DNA of 64,000 nucleotides, taken from assembly GCA_965216635.1 (NCBI GenBank), contig OZ244188.1:1-64000 (forward strand), written 5' to 3'. The notes beneath the pieces were generated by a model that saw only the letters and a program-made list of their open reading frames with translations, was not told the origin of the DNA and did no database searches. Both the position numbers and the translations under genes were made by a program. Origin of the DNA: a bacterium. Lineage in GTDB: Bacteria; SAR324; XYD2-FULL-50-16; G965216635. Positions 1 through 9,700 of the stretch are shown here, piece after piece. The number at the start of each line of letters is the position of its first letter. The stretch's first letter is position 1.

Positions 1-2
1 AA

Positions 3-371
3 TTCACTGTTGATGAAACCAAAACTACAGCTACAAATATAGGTGTAGATTATAAGCTCAACGAGACTTCTGGTGTGAGTTTATCTATTGTAAATAGAAC
101 TAGTACTCTTGAAACACAGTCGTATCCTTCTGAAGCAACAGCAACATTAACAGGAACGACTTTAGTGGTAATATCAGCTCCAGTCACAGTAAAAGGAGAA
201 ACTAAAGTTTCTAGTTTTGAAATTGGTTATAAGACAGTGTTTGGTGGAGCTAATTTCTATCTTGGATATGTAAGTTCTACTATCTCTAGTGATCCTGATA
301 CTGCAACCGCAGGTGAAGACGGAGATGTGAAAGTATCTTGGCTTAAAGCTAGATTACAAATGGGCTTCTAA
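3..371 (+). CDS. 3' part of an outer-membrane beta-barrel/porin-like protein (truncated by window edge)
   Basis: Frame is open from position 3. Amphipathic beta-strands (FEIGYKTVF, NFYLGYVS) and a BAM-type C-terminal strand ending in Phe (WLKARLQMGF). Confidence 0.7.
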   Translation, partial: FTVDETKTTATNIGVDYKLNETSGVSLSIVNRTSTLETQSYPSEATATLTGTTLVVISAPVTVKGETKVSSFEIGYKTVFGGANFYLGYVSSTISSDPDTATAGEDGDVKVSWLKARLQMGF

Positions 372-410
372 GAAAGTTAATTTGTAAGAGCTAAAAAGGG
401 AGAGTAGAAT

Positions 411-450
411 CTGTAAGGGACATTTTTTTTCATTAGAAAAAATGTGTCCC
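411..450. repeat. REP-like palindrome (family B)
   Basis: CTGTAAGGGACATTTTTTTT-cattag-AAAAAATGTGTCCC, the same motif as at 50.2, 51.8, 54.2 and 55.7 kb. Imperfect outer arms at about 388-410 and 464-484. Confidence 0.75.
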
Positions 451-625
451 GCTAAAACAAAAAATCCGCTCTTCTTTTTGCTCTATCGGGTTCCCTTTTG
501 TATTTACCTTTTTGTATTTACTTGGGGGGCAAACCCTAGTTTTCAATCTTTTAAAAGATTGAAAATTAGGGTTTTTTTTTGCACAAAAAAAAAAACAACA
601 GAGAACATTTTAAAACACACAAACA

Positions 626-847
626 ATGAACGATAGAATCAAAGAAAAGTTAGCTTTTTATAGAATATTACTTAGCTTTACGCTAATTGCTATTTTTGGT
701 ATAATAGGTTGGGTTTGGGGTGTTTTTTTTAAGGTAGGATACAAAATAGACGCACAATTTTATATTGCTTGTTGCGTTTTATTTCTTGTGGTATTGTATC
801 TTGTCTTTGTTGTTAAATTTATTAACAAGCTATTTAAAAAATTATGA
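626..847 (+). CDS. Small 2-TM membrane protein, paralog of 36034..36246
   Basis: MNDRIKEKLAFYRILLSF..AIFGIIGW vs MNDKIKEKLALYRLILSF..AIFGIVGW. Confidence 0.75.
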   Translation: MNDRIKEKLAFYRILLSFTLIAIFGIIGWVWGVFFKVGYKIDAQFYIACCVLFLVVLYLVFVVKFINKLFKKL

Positions 848-939
848 AAGAATTAATATTATCTATTCCTATATTTGTAGGTGTGGCTGCATTTGGTTAT
901 GCTGTATATGTTGGGTGGAAAATGAGTAATGAGGAATAA
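844..939 (+). CDS. 31-aa single-TM peptide coupled to the upstream gene
   Basis: ATGA overlap with the stop at 847; MKELILSIPIFVGVAAFGYAVYVGWKMSNEE. Not in the ORF track. Confidence 0.6.
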   Translation: MKELILSIPIFVGVAAFGYAVYVGWKMSNEE

Positions 940-1059
940 TTTCTCTAGTTCTTTGTGATTTTTCCTTGTTTATAAACTACTTAATAAATTATGAAAAATT
1001 TATTCCTATATTCATGGTAGTAGGTGTGTTTAACAGATACTAAAAAAATTTATATTATA

Positions 1060-1192
1060 TAGACCTTTGAATTTCGCTGATGTGACGGCTAGCCAAATGG
1101 TTAGAACAGGTGCGAAAAAAATTTTTAGCTCGTATTTCTGTTCCTGTGCATAGCCAAACATCTCTGTCCCACAAAAAGAGCCTAAAAAGGTA
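1060..1192. mobile_element. MITE-like element (family A), right end degenerate
   Basis: Starts TAGACCTTTGAATTTCGCTGATG, the reverse complement of the right part of the 33934..34222 copy. Confidence 0.7.
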
Positions 1193-1194
1193 GT

Positions 1195-1908
1195 ATGAAC
1201 GCAATCAAAAAAACAATACGAGGAGAAGGACAGTTCGGGAAGGTCTTTGAATACATGATCCAGATTTTTATTTTTTTATCTTTGGCTTTGCTTTCCATAG
1301 AAACCTTGCCTCATTTGACAGCAAAACAAAAAGAATTTTTGGATTTTATAGAATTAGTCATTATCCTTGTTTTCAGCTTGGAATATCTCTTAAGACTCTA
1401 CGCTGCTCCTAAAAAATTCAAATTTGTTTTTAGTTTTTTAGGGATTGTAGACATCTTGGCAATACTCCCCTTTTTTCTAGCTGGATTTGATTTAAAAGCC
1501 ATCCGATTTGTTAGATTATTTCGCATAGTTAGGCTATTGAAATTAACGCGCTACAATCAGGCATTGCAAAGAATTTACAGCGCTTTTTTACTGGCAAAAG
1601 AAGAGTTACTGCTTTTTATTTTTTCCATTACTTTGCTACTCTACCTCGCTTCAATTGGTATTTATTATTTTGAAAACAAAGCACAGCCAGAAGTTTTTAG
1701 CTCTGTTTTTGAAAGTTTTTGGTGGGCTATAATCACACTGACAACTGTAGGTTATGGCGATGTTGTGCCTATTACCTTGGGAGGCAGATGTTTCACTATC
1801 TTTTTTTTGATTATAGGACTGGGAGTAATCGCAGCCCCTACAGGCTTGATTGCTTCTGCTATGAGTACGGTTAGGAGCGAAGAAACAAACAATAAAAACA
1901 AGAAATAG
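1195..1908 (+). CDS. Voltage-gated-type potassium channel (ion transporter)
   Basis: TTVGYGD selectivity filter; S4-like RFVRLFRIVRLLK; six TM segments. Confidence 0.92.
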   Translation: MNAIKKTIRGEGQFGKVFEYMIQIFIFLSLALLSIETLPHLTAKQKEFLDFIELVIILVFSLEYLLRLYAAPKKFKFVFSFLGIVDILAILPFFLAGFDLKAIRFVRLFRIVRLLKLTRYNQALQRIYSAFLLAKEELLLFIFSITLLLYLASIGIYYFENKAQPEVFSSVFESFWWAIITLTTVGYGDVVPITLGGRCFTIFFLIIGLGVIAAPTGLIASAMSTVRSEETNNKNKK

Positions 1909-1974
1909 TAGTGAGACCTTGCATTAGCGTTCAAAGTAGGTTAAAATAGATGTGAAATAAACCAAGGTTTAAAG

Positions 1975-3075
1975 ATGAAAAACCAACCTATATTTAAAAT
2001 AGAAAGTTTAGGTGAATTGAGACATAGTGAATTAAAAAGTTGGTCTCAAAACGCTTTAGATAAATCTGTTCCAAATTGGATAATAAAAATACACGGTTTT
2101 TTAAGAGAATGGTTTTCTGATAATACCCACATCAAATTACAAACTTCTGGGACAGTTGCCGAAAAAACCTCTTTTTTAAGAGCCAAAAAATATCTTCGTT
2201 TTAGTGCAGAAGAAAGCCTAAGTGTTTTAAAAATTCCTAGCATCACAAAAACACTTCTTTGCTTGCCAGCCAATTATATTGCTGCACAACTGATGATAAT
2301 TCGCGCCTTAGTCGGGAATCTTTGCCTACACTGCATAGCTCCCGATGCAAAACCTCTTAAAAAATGCAAAAATGGTTTTGGTTTTGCTGCTCTGGTTCCT
2401 TATCAACTCCATCATTCTTTAGCAAATATAAAATATATCCGTTGCCTTTTGATAGGAGGAGGCTTTTTGTCTCATTCTTTAAAAAGAAAAATTCAAACTT
2501 TAGAAACCAAGCTCCCAAAAACCGATATTTATGAAACTTTTGGTATGGCGGAAACCCTTACTCATATAGCTCTTAGAAAAATTACGGGAAAATTAGCCGT
2601 GGAAAATTTTTTTTTACCGCTACCTTCTGTCCAAATCATGCAAAACGATAGAGGTTGTCTTATGGTAAAATCTCCCCAAAGAGGCTTGAAAAATTACTTC
2701 CAAACCAAAGATATAGTAAAAATACACGAAAATGGCTCTTTTGACTGGTTAGGTAGAGAGGATTTTATCATTGAGACTGGGAGTATGAAAATCTGTCCTG
2801 AAATGCTGGAGAAAAAAATTTATTCACATTTACCTTTCTTAAGAGGCTTTTTTATTGGCTCTTTGCCTCATTTACGATTTACTTCAGAACTGATTATGCT
2901 TATAGAAGGCAAACCAAACAAAGAGTTATTGCAAAAAATTAAGAAAAAATTGTCTGCGGAATTAGAATTTCAGGAAATGCCTAAAAAGTTTTTTTTTGTG
3001 GAGTTTTTTAGCAGAACGTTACAAATGAAAATACAGAGAAAAAAAACTTTAGAAAACTTAACTCAAAAAAATTAG
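1975..3075 (+). CDS. AMP-binding enzyme, MenE-like (O-succinylbenzoate-CoA ligase family)
   Basis: QTSGT, ETFGMAET, TKD and WLGRED adenylate-forming motifs (somewhat degenerate). Confidence 0.7.
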   Translation: MKNQPIFKIESLGELRHSELKSWSQNALDKSVPNWIIKIHGFLREWFSDNTHIKLQTSGTVAEKTSFLRAKKYLRFSAEESLSVLKIPSITKTLLCLPANYIAAQLMIIRALVGNLCLHCIAPDAKPLKKCKNGFGFAALVPYQLHHSLANIKYIRCLLIGGGFLSHSLKRKIQTLETKLPKTDIYETFGMAETLTHIALRKITGKLAVENFFLPLPSVQIMQNDRGCLMVKSPQRGLKNYFQTKDIVKIHENGSFDWLGREDFIIETGSMKICPEMLEKKIYSHLPFLRGFFIGSLPHLRFTSELIMLIEGKPNKELLQKIKKKLSAELEFQEMPKKFFFVEFFSRTLQMKIQRKKTLENLTQKN

Positions 3076-3148
3076 TAATTAAAACTATACTTTTTTGAAT
3101 TAAAAATGTTATATTGACTCCAATGGAGTATATTTTTCACAAAAAGCA

Positions 3149-4417
3149 ATGAAAAGTCTTGATGATTTCAGATTAAATTTAGGAAAAAATCTATTTAAAC
3201 CTATTTTCATAGGTGGAATGGGAGTAGATATTTCTAGCGAACAGCTAGCCTTAGCAGGAGCAAAAATGGGTTGTATCGGTCATATATCCGATGCTTTGGT
3301 TCATACATTGAGCGATAAATACTACAGCACAAACTATTCCAAGAGTAAACTAGAGAAATACAAATACAATATCAAAAATAAAGACAAGACAGATATTAAA
3401 TTTGATTTAGGAGAACTTGTAGAAACAACCAAATTCTATGTAAGCAAAGTAATGGAGAAAAAAAAAGGAGTAGGGCAGATTTTTGTCAACTGTATGGAAA
3501 AATTGACAATGAACGCTCCACTAGAAACGCTCAAAGCAAGACTCACTGCGGCAATGGATGCGGGTATAGACGGTATCACCTTGAGTGCTGGCTTGCATCT
3601 CTCCAGTTTTTCATTGGTTGCCAATCACCGACGTTTCAAAGATTGCAAACTGGGAATTATTGTCTCTTCTTTAAGAGCTCTTAAAATCTTTTTATTAAAA
3701 ATCCAAAAATTCAGAAGACTTCCAGATTATGTGGTTGTAGAAGGACCCCTGGCAGGAGGACATTTGGGTTTTGGTATGGATTGGTTTCGCTATAAACTCA
3801 AAGATATTATTGAAGAAATATCTAATTTCTGTAAAGAACAATCTCTTAAGATACCCTTAATAGCAGCAGGTGGGGTTTTTACAGGTAGCGAAGCAGTAGA
3901 TATGATAAATACTGGAGCTTCAGCTGTACAAGTAGCAACAAGATTTACCATCACCGAAGAATGCGGTCTTCCAGCCAGAGTAAAGCAGGAATATATCAAA
4001 GCAACAGAAAGCGATGTCTGTGTTAGTCTGGTATCTCCTACAGGATATCCTATGCGTATTTTGAGACAAAGCCCAGCTTTAAATAGTGGAATTCGTCCCA
4101 ATTGCGAAGCACTAGGCTATATTTTAAATAGACAAGGTAGATGCACCTATGTGGATGCCTATTTTAAAGCATTGGCTAAAAACGAAAAATATCCTCAAGT
4201 CAAAGAAAAGGTTTGTCTATGTACCCATATGAAAAATTTTAAATTGTGGACTTGTGGGCACAATGTTTATCGCCTCAAAGACACAACGAACAAATTTGCA
4301 GACGGCAGCTACCAACTACTGAAAACAGAACATGTACTACAGGATTATCTTCACAGTAAAAACTACGAAATACGAAAACCCAAAATAGTAGAAGAAAAAG
4401 TTGTTGTAGAAGCTTAA
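3149..4417 (+). CDS. Nitronate monooxygenase/FabK/FabX-family FMN TIM-barrel oxidoreductase with Cys-rich C-terminus
   Basis: GGMGVDIS, VEGPLAGGHLG, IAAGG, VQVATRF, SPTGYP motifs; C-terminal Cys cluster. Confidence 0.8.
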   Translation: MKSLDDFRLNLGKNLFKPIFIGGMGVDISSEQLALAGAKMGCIGHISDALVHTLSDKYYSTNYSKSKLEKYKYNIKNKDKTDIKFDLGELVETTKFYVSKVMEKKKGVGQIFVNCMEKLTMNAPLETLKARLTAAMDAGIDGITLSAGLHLSSFSLVANHRRFKDCKLGIIVSSLRALKIFLLKIQKFRRLPDYVVVEGPLAGGHLGFGMDWFRYKLKDIIEEISNFCKEQSLKIPLIAAGGVFTGSEAVDMINTGASAVQVATRFTITEECGLPARVKQEYIKATESDVCVSLVSPTGYPMRILRQSPALNSGIRPNCEALGYILNRQGRCTYVDAYFKALAKNEKYPQVKEKVCLCTHMKNFKLWTCGHNVYRLKDTTNKFADGSYQLLKTEHVLQDYLHSKNYEIRKPKIVEEKVVVEA

Positions 4418-4439
4418 ATAAAAGAGACAAGCAAAGAAG

Positions 4440-5930
4440 ATGGGAAAAAAAACAGGTTTCATAGACTACTCAAGAAAAAATTTCTCCTACCTACCCGTTC
4501 AAGAAAGAGTAAAAAATTTCAAAGAATTTCTTAAAATACAGCCCAAAACAGAAGTTCAAAATCAGGCCGCTCGCTGTATGGATTGTGGCACGCCTTACTG
4601 TAGTTGGGCTTGCCCTGTAGATAATAAAATTCCTGAATTTAATGACTTTGTTTATAGAGGATTATGGCAAAAGGCTTATTATAACCTCATCTCCACTAAT
4701 AATTTCCCAGAATTTACGGGTAGAATCTGCCCCGCTCCCTGCGAACCAGCCTGCTGCACTGTATTAGTCAATTCAGCAGTGACTATAAAACAAATTGAGT
4801 TAGCTATCATTGAAAAAGCCTACAGCGAAGGTTGGGTGGAAATCCATAAAATAAAAAAAAGAACTGCTGTAAAAATCGCCGTAGTAGGTTCAGGTCCCGC
4901 GGGTTTGGCAGCAGCTCAACAACTCAATTTAGGAGGACACAGAGTGACAGTTTTTGAGAAAAACGAAAAATTAGGTGGACTCCTACGCTACGGCATTCCA
5001 GACTTTAAATTGGAAAAATGGGTGATTGATAGAAGAATAGATTTACTGAAAAAAGAAGGAATTGAATTTATTACAAACAGCCATGTAGGAAATACTACCA
5101 GCATAAAAAAAATCCAAAAAGAATTTGACTACCTTTGTCTTTGTTTGGGAGCAGAAGAACAACGAGGGATAGCCTATAATAAAAACACCAGTGGTATCCA
5201 TTTTGCGATGGAATTTTTAACCCAACAAAATAGAGCCATCCAAGGAGTAGTAATTAAACCTGTAGGGGCTGCGGAAACTAGAATGGATGCTAAAGACAAG
5301 CACATAATTGTGCTTGGAGGAGGAGATACTGGTTCTGATTGTATAGGCACTGGAATCAGACAAAAATGTGCTTCTATGACGCAAATACAAATCCACAAGG
5401 AACTCCCTTTAGGAAGATACGAAACTAATCCCTGGCCTCTTTGGCCCAGAACTATCAGTATCAGTGATTCTCAAGAAGAAGGCTGTAAGAGACTTTACTC
5501 TCTTTTGCTAAAAGAAATTAAAACAAAAAAAACAGGTGAAGGCGAAAAAATAGAAAAGGTGATTTTTCAAAAAATTCAGTGGCCTTCAGGAGAAATAAAA
5601 TCAGGGCAGAGAAACTACAAAGTCCTAGACGAAGAAGTAACGTTGCCTTGTGATTTACTCTTGATTGCTTTGGGTTTTCAACACTGTGTCCATGGTGGAT
5701 TGCTATCGCAATTAAACCTAAAATTTAACGAAAGAAAAAATATCGCAGTAGATTCTGAATTTCGCTCTTCGCAAAAGAAAATTTTTGCTGCAGGAGATGT
5801 GGTAGAAGGAGCTAATTTGGTTGTCACTGCTATTGCTAGTGGTAGAAAGATGGCGGCTGCTTTACAAAATAAAATCACCAACTCAACATCAGACAAAATG
5901 AAATCTAAAGTCAAACTTCAATCATTTTAA
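4440..5930 (+). CDS. gltD: Glutamate synthase small (NADPH) subunit
   Basis: RCMDCGTPYC..CP, TNNFPEFTGRICPAPCE, GSGPAG, GGGDTGSDC. Confidence 0.92.
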   Translation: MGKKTGFIDYSRKNFSYLPVQERVKNFKEFLKIQPKTEVQNQAARCMDCGTPYCSWACPVDNKIPEFNDFVYRGLWQKAYYNLISTNNFPEFTGRICPAPCEPACCTVLVNSAVTIKQIELAIIEKAYSEGWVEIHKIKKRTAVKIAVVGSGPAGLAAAQQLNLGGHRVTVFEKNEKLGGLLRYGIPDFKLEKWVIDRRIDLLKKEGIEFITNSHVGNTTSIKKIQKEFDYLCLCLGAEEQRGIAYNKNTSGIHFAMEFLTQQNRAIQGVVIKPVGAAETRMDAKDKHIIVLGGGDTGSDCIGTGIRQKCASMTQIQIHKELPLGRYETNPWPLWPRTISISDSQEEGCKRLYSLLLKEIKTKKTGEGEKIEKVIFQKIQWPSGEIKSGQRNYKVLDEEVTLPCDLLLIALGFQHCVHGGLLSQLNLKFNERKNIAVDSEFRSSQKKIFAAGDVVEGANLVVTAIASGRKMAAALQNKITNSTSDKMKSKVKLQSF

Positions 5931-6016
5931 AATTTTCCCTAATCAAAGTGAATTAAGAGGGTACGCAAATAAGCACTTTGGCTATAGTTTGTTTGAAGTT
6001 TAAAGCACCATATAAT

Positions 6017-6060
6017 CAAAAGAATTTCTGCCTCCACATAACACTAATTCAAAAGGTCTA
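6017..6060. mobile_element. Right end of a family A MITE-like element
   Basis: CACATAACACTAATTCAAAAGGTCTA matches the right end of 25815..26013. Confidence 0.6.
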
Positions 6061-6094
6061 GATTAAGTTCTTGCAAGTAATAAATATCCTCTCG

Positions 6095-7000
6095 CTATCC
6101 TAAAACGACGCTAGCTCTTTTTTTCTTGTGGTAAGAGCGGTAGCTACCGATGATAAAAATCACTACTGCTAGCCAAATAAAAATAAAAGTAATCTGATAT
6201 TGTAAGCTAAATTCTTCCTTGAAAATAAAAACCCCTATCAAAAAAATAGCACTCGGTAGGTAAAACTGCACAAAGCCTAAAATTGTAAAAGTAATCCATT
6301 TAATGGAATAACTGAAAAATACAAGCGGTAGACTGGTAATAATTCCCAAAAACACAAGCCCTAAATCATAAGTCCTGGAGACATAAAAAAAACTTAAGTT
6401 TCCTTGAAGATAGGTGAAAACGAAATAGGCTAGAGCGACTGGAACTAAAAAAGCTATTTCTAATAACAGGCTAAAGCTGGCTTCTAAAGTTATTTGTTTT
6501 TGCACTAGACTATAGACTCCAAAGGTGGACGCCATACCCAAAGCCAACCAAGGAAATTTTCCATAAAAAAAAATCAAATAGCCGACTCCTACGGTTGCCA
6601 AGAAAATAGATACCCATTGTAAGCGGTTAATTTTTTCTTGTAGCAATACTAACCCCATAAATACCGATAAAATAGGCGTGATAAAATAGCCTAAACTTGC
6701 TTGCAATAGCTGGTTAGTATGAATTGCATAGATATAAAGTAGCCAGTTGCTAGAAATCATTAAACCTGAAATAAAGAGGAAGAAGAGGGAGCTTTTTTTT
6801 ATTTTTTTCCACTGTTTTTGAAAAGCTTGTTTTTTAAAAAAAACAAAAAAAAGCATCAAAAAAAGAAAAGACCAAAGCAGACGGTGTGCTGCTATTTCTA
6901 AGGGAGCGCTGTGTGTGAATTGTTTGAGATAAAGAGGCAGAGTTGTCCATAAAAAATAAGCTCCCACAAGGGACGCCATTGCTCTTTGATTTTGTCTCAT
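6095..7000 (-). CDS. rarD: EamA family transporter RarD
   Basis: EIAAHRLLWS, NWLLYIYA, ASLGYFITP; about 10 TM. Confidence 0.85.
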   Translation of the reverse strand: MRQNQRAMASLVGAYFLWTTLPLYLKQFTHSAPLEIAAHRLLWSFLFLMLFFVFFKKQAFQKQWKKIKKSSLFFLFISGLMISSNWLLYIYAIHTNQLLQASLGYFITPILSVFMGLVLLQEKINRLQWVSIFLATVGVGYLIFFYGKFPWLALGMASTFGVYSLVQKQITLEASFSLLLEIAFLVPVALAYFVFTYLQGNLSFFYVSRTYDLGLVFLGIITSLPLVFFSYSIKWITFTILGFVQFYLPSAIFLIGVFIFKEEFSLQYQITFIFIWLAVVIFIIGSYRSYHKKKRASVVLG

Positions 7001-7040
7001 TATTTTTTTATAAACAGCAGGCGAAAGTTTTATTCTTGCT

Positions 7041-7259
7041 CTAAAAGTTTATTGTATCGTCTCTATATTCAGGTCTCAAAATAGGATTATATACTTGTTT
7101 TTTGAGCAACCCTTGTTTTTTTAAACTATCAATTTGTTTTTGGACATCTTGAAGTTGTGTAGAGCTATTACTATTTATAGATTTATTTAGTGCTGAATTT
7201 ATTCGTATTCCTATATTAAAACCAGTTTTTGCTGTGTAGGAAGATTTGGTGTTTTTCAT
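7041..7259 (-). CDS. Small hypothetical protein overlapping the 3' end of the SDH protease gene
   Basis: ORF track 7041..7277; a start at ATG 7259 (MKNTKSSY...) gives a shorter overlap. Helical segment LQDVQKQIDSLKKQGLL. Confidence 0.5.
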   Translation of the reverse strand: MKNTKSSYTAKTGFNIGIRINSALNKSINSNSSTQLQDVQKQIDSLKKQGLLKKQVYNPILRPEYRDDTINF

Positions 7260-8094
7260 ATTTAGTAACATAGTCAATTAAAGTATCATTATAAGAACGA
7301 ATTAGTTTTTGTAAAGTTTTATCTTTAGAATAATCTTCTATTTGTAATTTTAATTCTTTAGAAAGGGTGTGAATACTAATTTTTCTTGCATGAGAATGCC
7401 ATTTTTTATTGTCTGCAAGCATTTCAGCTATTTCTTTAGCTCTTTCTTCTTTTTCTTTTTTGGTTACGGGTTTTCTTTTTTTATCAGGATTAGTTTGATG
7501 TATTTTCCAATCCTTAAATTTATATTCAACAAGCCATTTTTCAAGTAAAGTGATTGTTAATTTTTTAGCTTGTTCAATACTATTGAGCACCGCAATATCT
7601 TGATTTTGGAGTATAATAAACTCAGCATTAGTTAGTTGATTTTCTTTAGATTTTTGAATCATTTTTTCTACTTGGTCTAAATATCCAAGAGCTGGCACCC
7701 AATTTTGATCATCTTTAAGAATTTGAGGATCTATGGGACCTAATGATGAACTATAATCCATATAAATTTTATCTCCAGACATACAAAGTATAGTGCCTGC
7801 AGACAAAGCTTCATCTGGCACAACAAAATAAATTTCAGAGTAATGATAACGGATAATTTCTACCATTTTTTCTACTGTTTCAACACTACCACCAGTAGTA
7901 TTTAGAAAAAATATTAACCTTTTTTTTAATCCATTCGTTTTAAGATTTTCTATAATTGTACGGAAACCTTTTATAATCAAAGGGGAAATGACACCATAAT
8001 AGAAAATACAATCACCTTTTAAATAGTTTTCAATGGCAATAATTTCTTGTTCTAAAAATTTTTTTATTTGCCCAGATACAGATGTTTTTTGCAT
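7216..8094 (-). CDS. SDH-family ClpP-fold serine protease (S49/SppA-like)
   Basis: LNTTGGSVE, VPDEALSAGTILCMSGD, SLGPIDPQ, WHSHAR. Confidence 0.85.
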   Translation of the reverse strand: MQKTSVSGQIKKFLEQEIIAIENYLKGDCIFYYGVISPLIIKGFRTIIENLKTNGLKKRLIFFLNTTGGSVETVEKMVEIIRYHYSEIYFVVPDEALSAGTILCMSGDKIYMDYSSSLGPIDPQILKDDQNWVPALGYLDQVEKMIQKSKENQLTNAEFIILQNQDIAVLNSIEQAKKLTITLLEKWLVEYKFKDWKIHQTNPDKKRKPVTKKEKEERAKEIAEMLADNKKWHSHARKISIHTLSKELKLQIEDYSKDKTLQKLIRSYNDTLIDYVTKYEKHQIFLHSKNWF

Positions 8095-8220
8095 TTCAAT
8101 TCTATTTTAGATATTTTCATTAAAGAATAATTGAGTGTACTTGTCAAGTCTTAAAACTAGATAACATTTTAGATAGATTCTCCTCCCATCAACAAACCCA
8201 TTTTTTTGTTGCTGATTTTT
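8056..8220. repeat. 165-bp direct repeat, copy 1
   Basis: Identical to 9701..9865 except one substitution (8084/9729). Confidence 0.95.
8119..8147 (-). promoter_or_regulatory. sigma70-like promoter TTGACA-N17-TTTAAT (duplicated at 9764..9792)
   Basis: Minus strand TTGACAAGTACACTCAATTATTCTTTAAT, just upstream of ATG 8094. Confidence 0.6.
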
Positions 8221-8266
8221 GGGTATAAAAATTTTTTTATTCTCAATTTGTTAAATCAAAGTGTCG

Positions 8267-9619
8267 CTAAAAAGTAAAACCTACTAAAATGCCTTGAGTC
8301 GTTCCACCCCAATTTATTTTACCCAAACTACTATTATCAAGTTCAAAAACATCAGAAGATATCCGAGTATAATAGCCTATACTAGATCCGCTTTGGAAGA
8401 TATATTTTATTCCAGTTTCTATATAGAAACCAGAACCACTCCCTTTTTGTTTAGGGGAGTCAATAAGTTTCAAAGCTTCTATACTAGCTCCTATATAAAC
8501 CAGTCCTGCTCCTAAAAAAGCATCAAAACCACTTTTAACATCGTTTATTCTAAAATGCAATCTTCCTCCTAAAGAAAACTCTCTTATGTTGATATTAGAA
8601 AGGATTGAGTTTGGAATTACCTTTTGACGAGTGCGAGTCTCTGTATTATAACCTCCTACTACTTCACGAGTTAGGATAGCAGGACGATACCGAGTTTCTG
8701 TTCCATAAGTAACTTGATAAGTCCACTGAATACAATTATTAAGAAAATCTACGTTTTTAGAATCAGCATCTAAAAAACAATTAGAAAGATAAGAATTTGG
8801 TTTGCTAGAACCAAAAAAGGCACAGTATTTTTTATTTCCTATAATTACATAACCATCTCTACTGCCGCTACAAGCTACATTTGATTCTACTATATCAAAG
8901 AAGGGAACATATTCCCAATCATAACATTCAGTATTATCACTATTTCTGAATGCACAATAATAATTTTGGCTAGGTCTAGACACAACTTCTGGTTTAATAA
9001 GCCCATTATAAGTGTAAGCTTCCATACCATCATAAGTCTCAGTTACATAATAAGGCAATTTTACAGTATAAGTCTCATCTATAGTCTCATTCTCATTAAT
9101 TTTCTCTTCCCCTGAAGATAGAAAATAACCACCAGTCAGACTAAAATTGGGGGTGAGATAATAATCCAGTAAAACTCCAAATGTAGAGAATTCAATACCT
9201 AATCCCTTGATATTTTTTTTACCATAAAAAACATCTACCCCCAAAATAGGGGTTTCATTTGTTTTCTTTTTTTCTTGCCTTTCAATTTCCCTTTCAATTT
9301 TTTTTTTAAATTCTGCTTGCTCGCTACAACTTTCTATAGCATTTTCTACTGATTCAGTGTAAGCAACTCCTTCTTTTACTGCTTTTAGTCTTTCACTTTT
9401 TATGCAAATATCTAAATTTTTTGCAATATTAGTAGTCCAACCTAAACTCGCTTTAATGCCACAGATTTTTTGAGAAATTTCTACAGCTTCTCTATAAGGG
9501 ACTTCTTCTCTTTGCGCTCTTATTTGCTCAAGCTCTAAACAATCACTAACTTCATCTGCAAGAGCATTAGACAAACTATAAAGAATGCCAACAAAAACAA
9601 GTAATAGTATTTTTTTCAT
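8267..9619 (-). CDS. Predicted 8-stranded outer-membrane beta-barrel with N-terminal Cys-helical repeats and a ~170-aa Cys-rich loop insertion
   Basis: Signal peptide (ALA|D); strands such as FGVLLDYYL, FSLTGGYF, FDAFLGAGLVY, FYIETGIKYIF; ends GILVGFTF. Confidence 0.75.
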   Translation of the reverse strand: MKKILLLVFVGILYSLSNALADEVSDCLELEQIRAQREEVPYREAVEISQKICGIKASLGWTTNIAKNLDICIKSERLKAVKEGVAYTESVENAIESCSEQAEFKKKIEREIERQEKKKTNETPILGVDVFYGKKNIKGLGIEFSTFGVLLDYYLTPNFSLTGGYFLSSGEEKINENETIDETYTVKLPYYVTETYDGMEAYTYNGLIKPEVVSRPSQNYYCAFRNSDNTECYDWEYVPFFDIVESNVACSGSRDGYVIIGNKKYCAFFGSSKPNSYLSNCFLDADSKNVDFLNNCIQWTYQVTYGTETRYRPAILTREVVGGYNTETRTRQKVIPNSILSNINIREFSLGGRLHFRINDVKSGFDAFLGAGLVYIGASIEALKLIDSPKQKGSGSGFYIETGIKYIFQSGSSIGYYTRISSDVFELDNSSLGKINWGGTTQGILVGFTF

Positions 9620-9700
9620 AATTAATATCCTACTTAAGTTAATTTAAAGGTAACAGAAAAATCTTGCCCTGGTGGAGATCGTAATTAGAATTGTTTTTTG

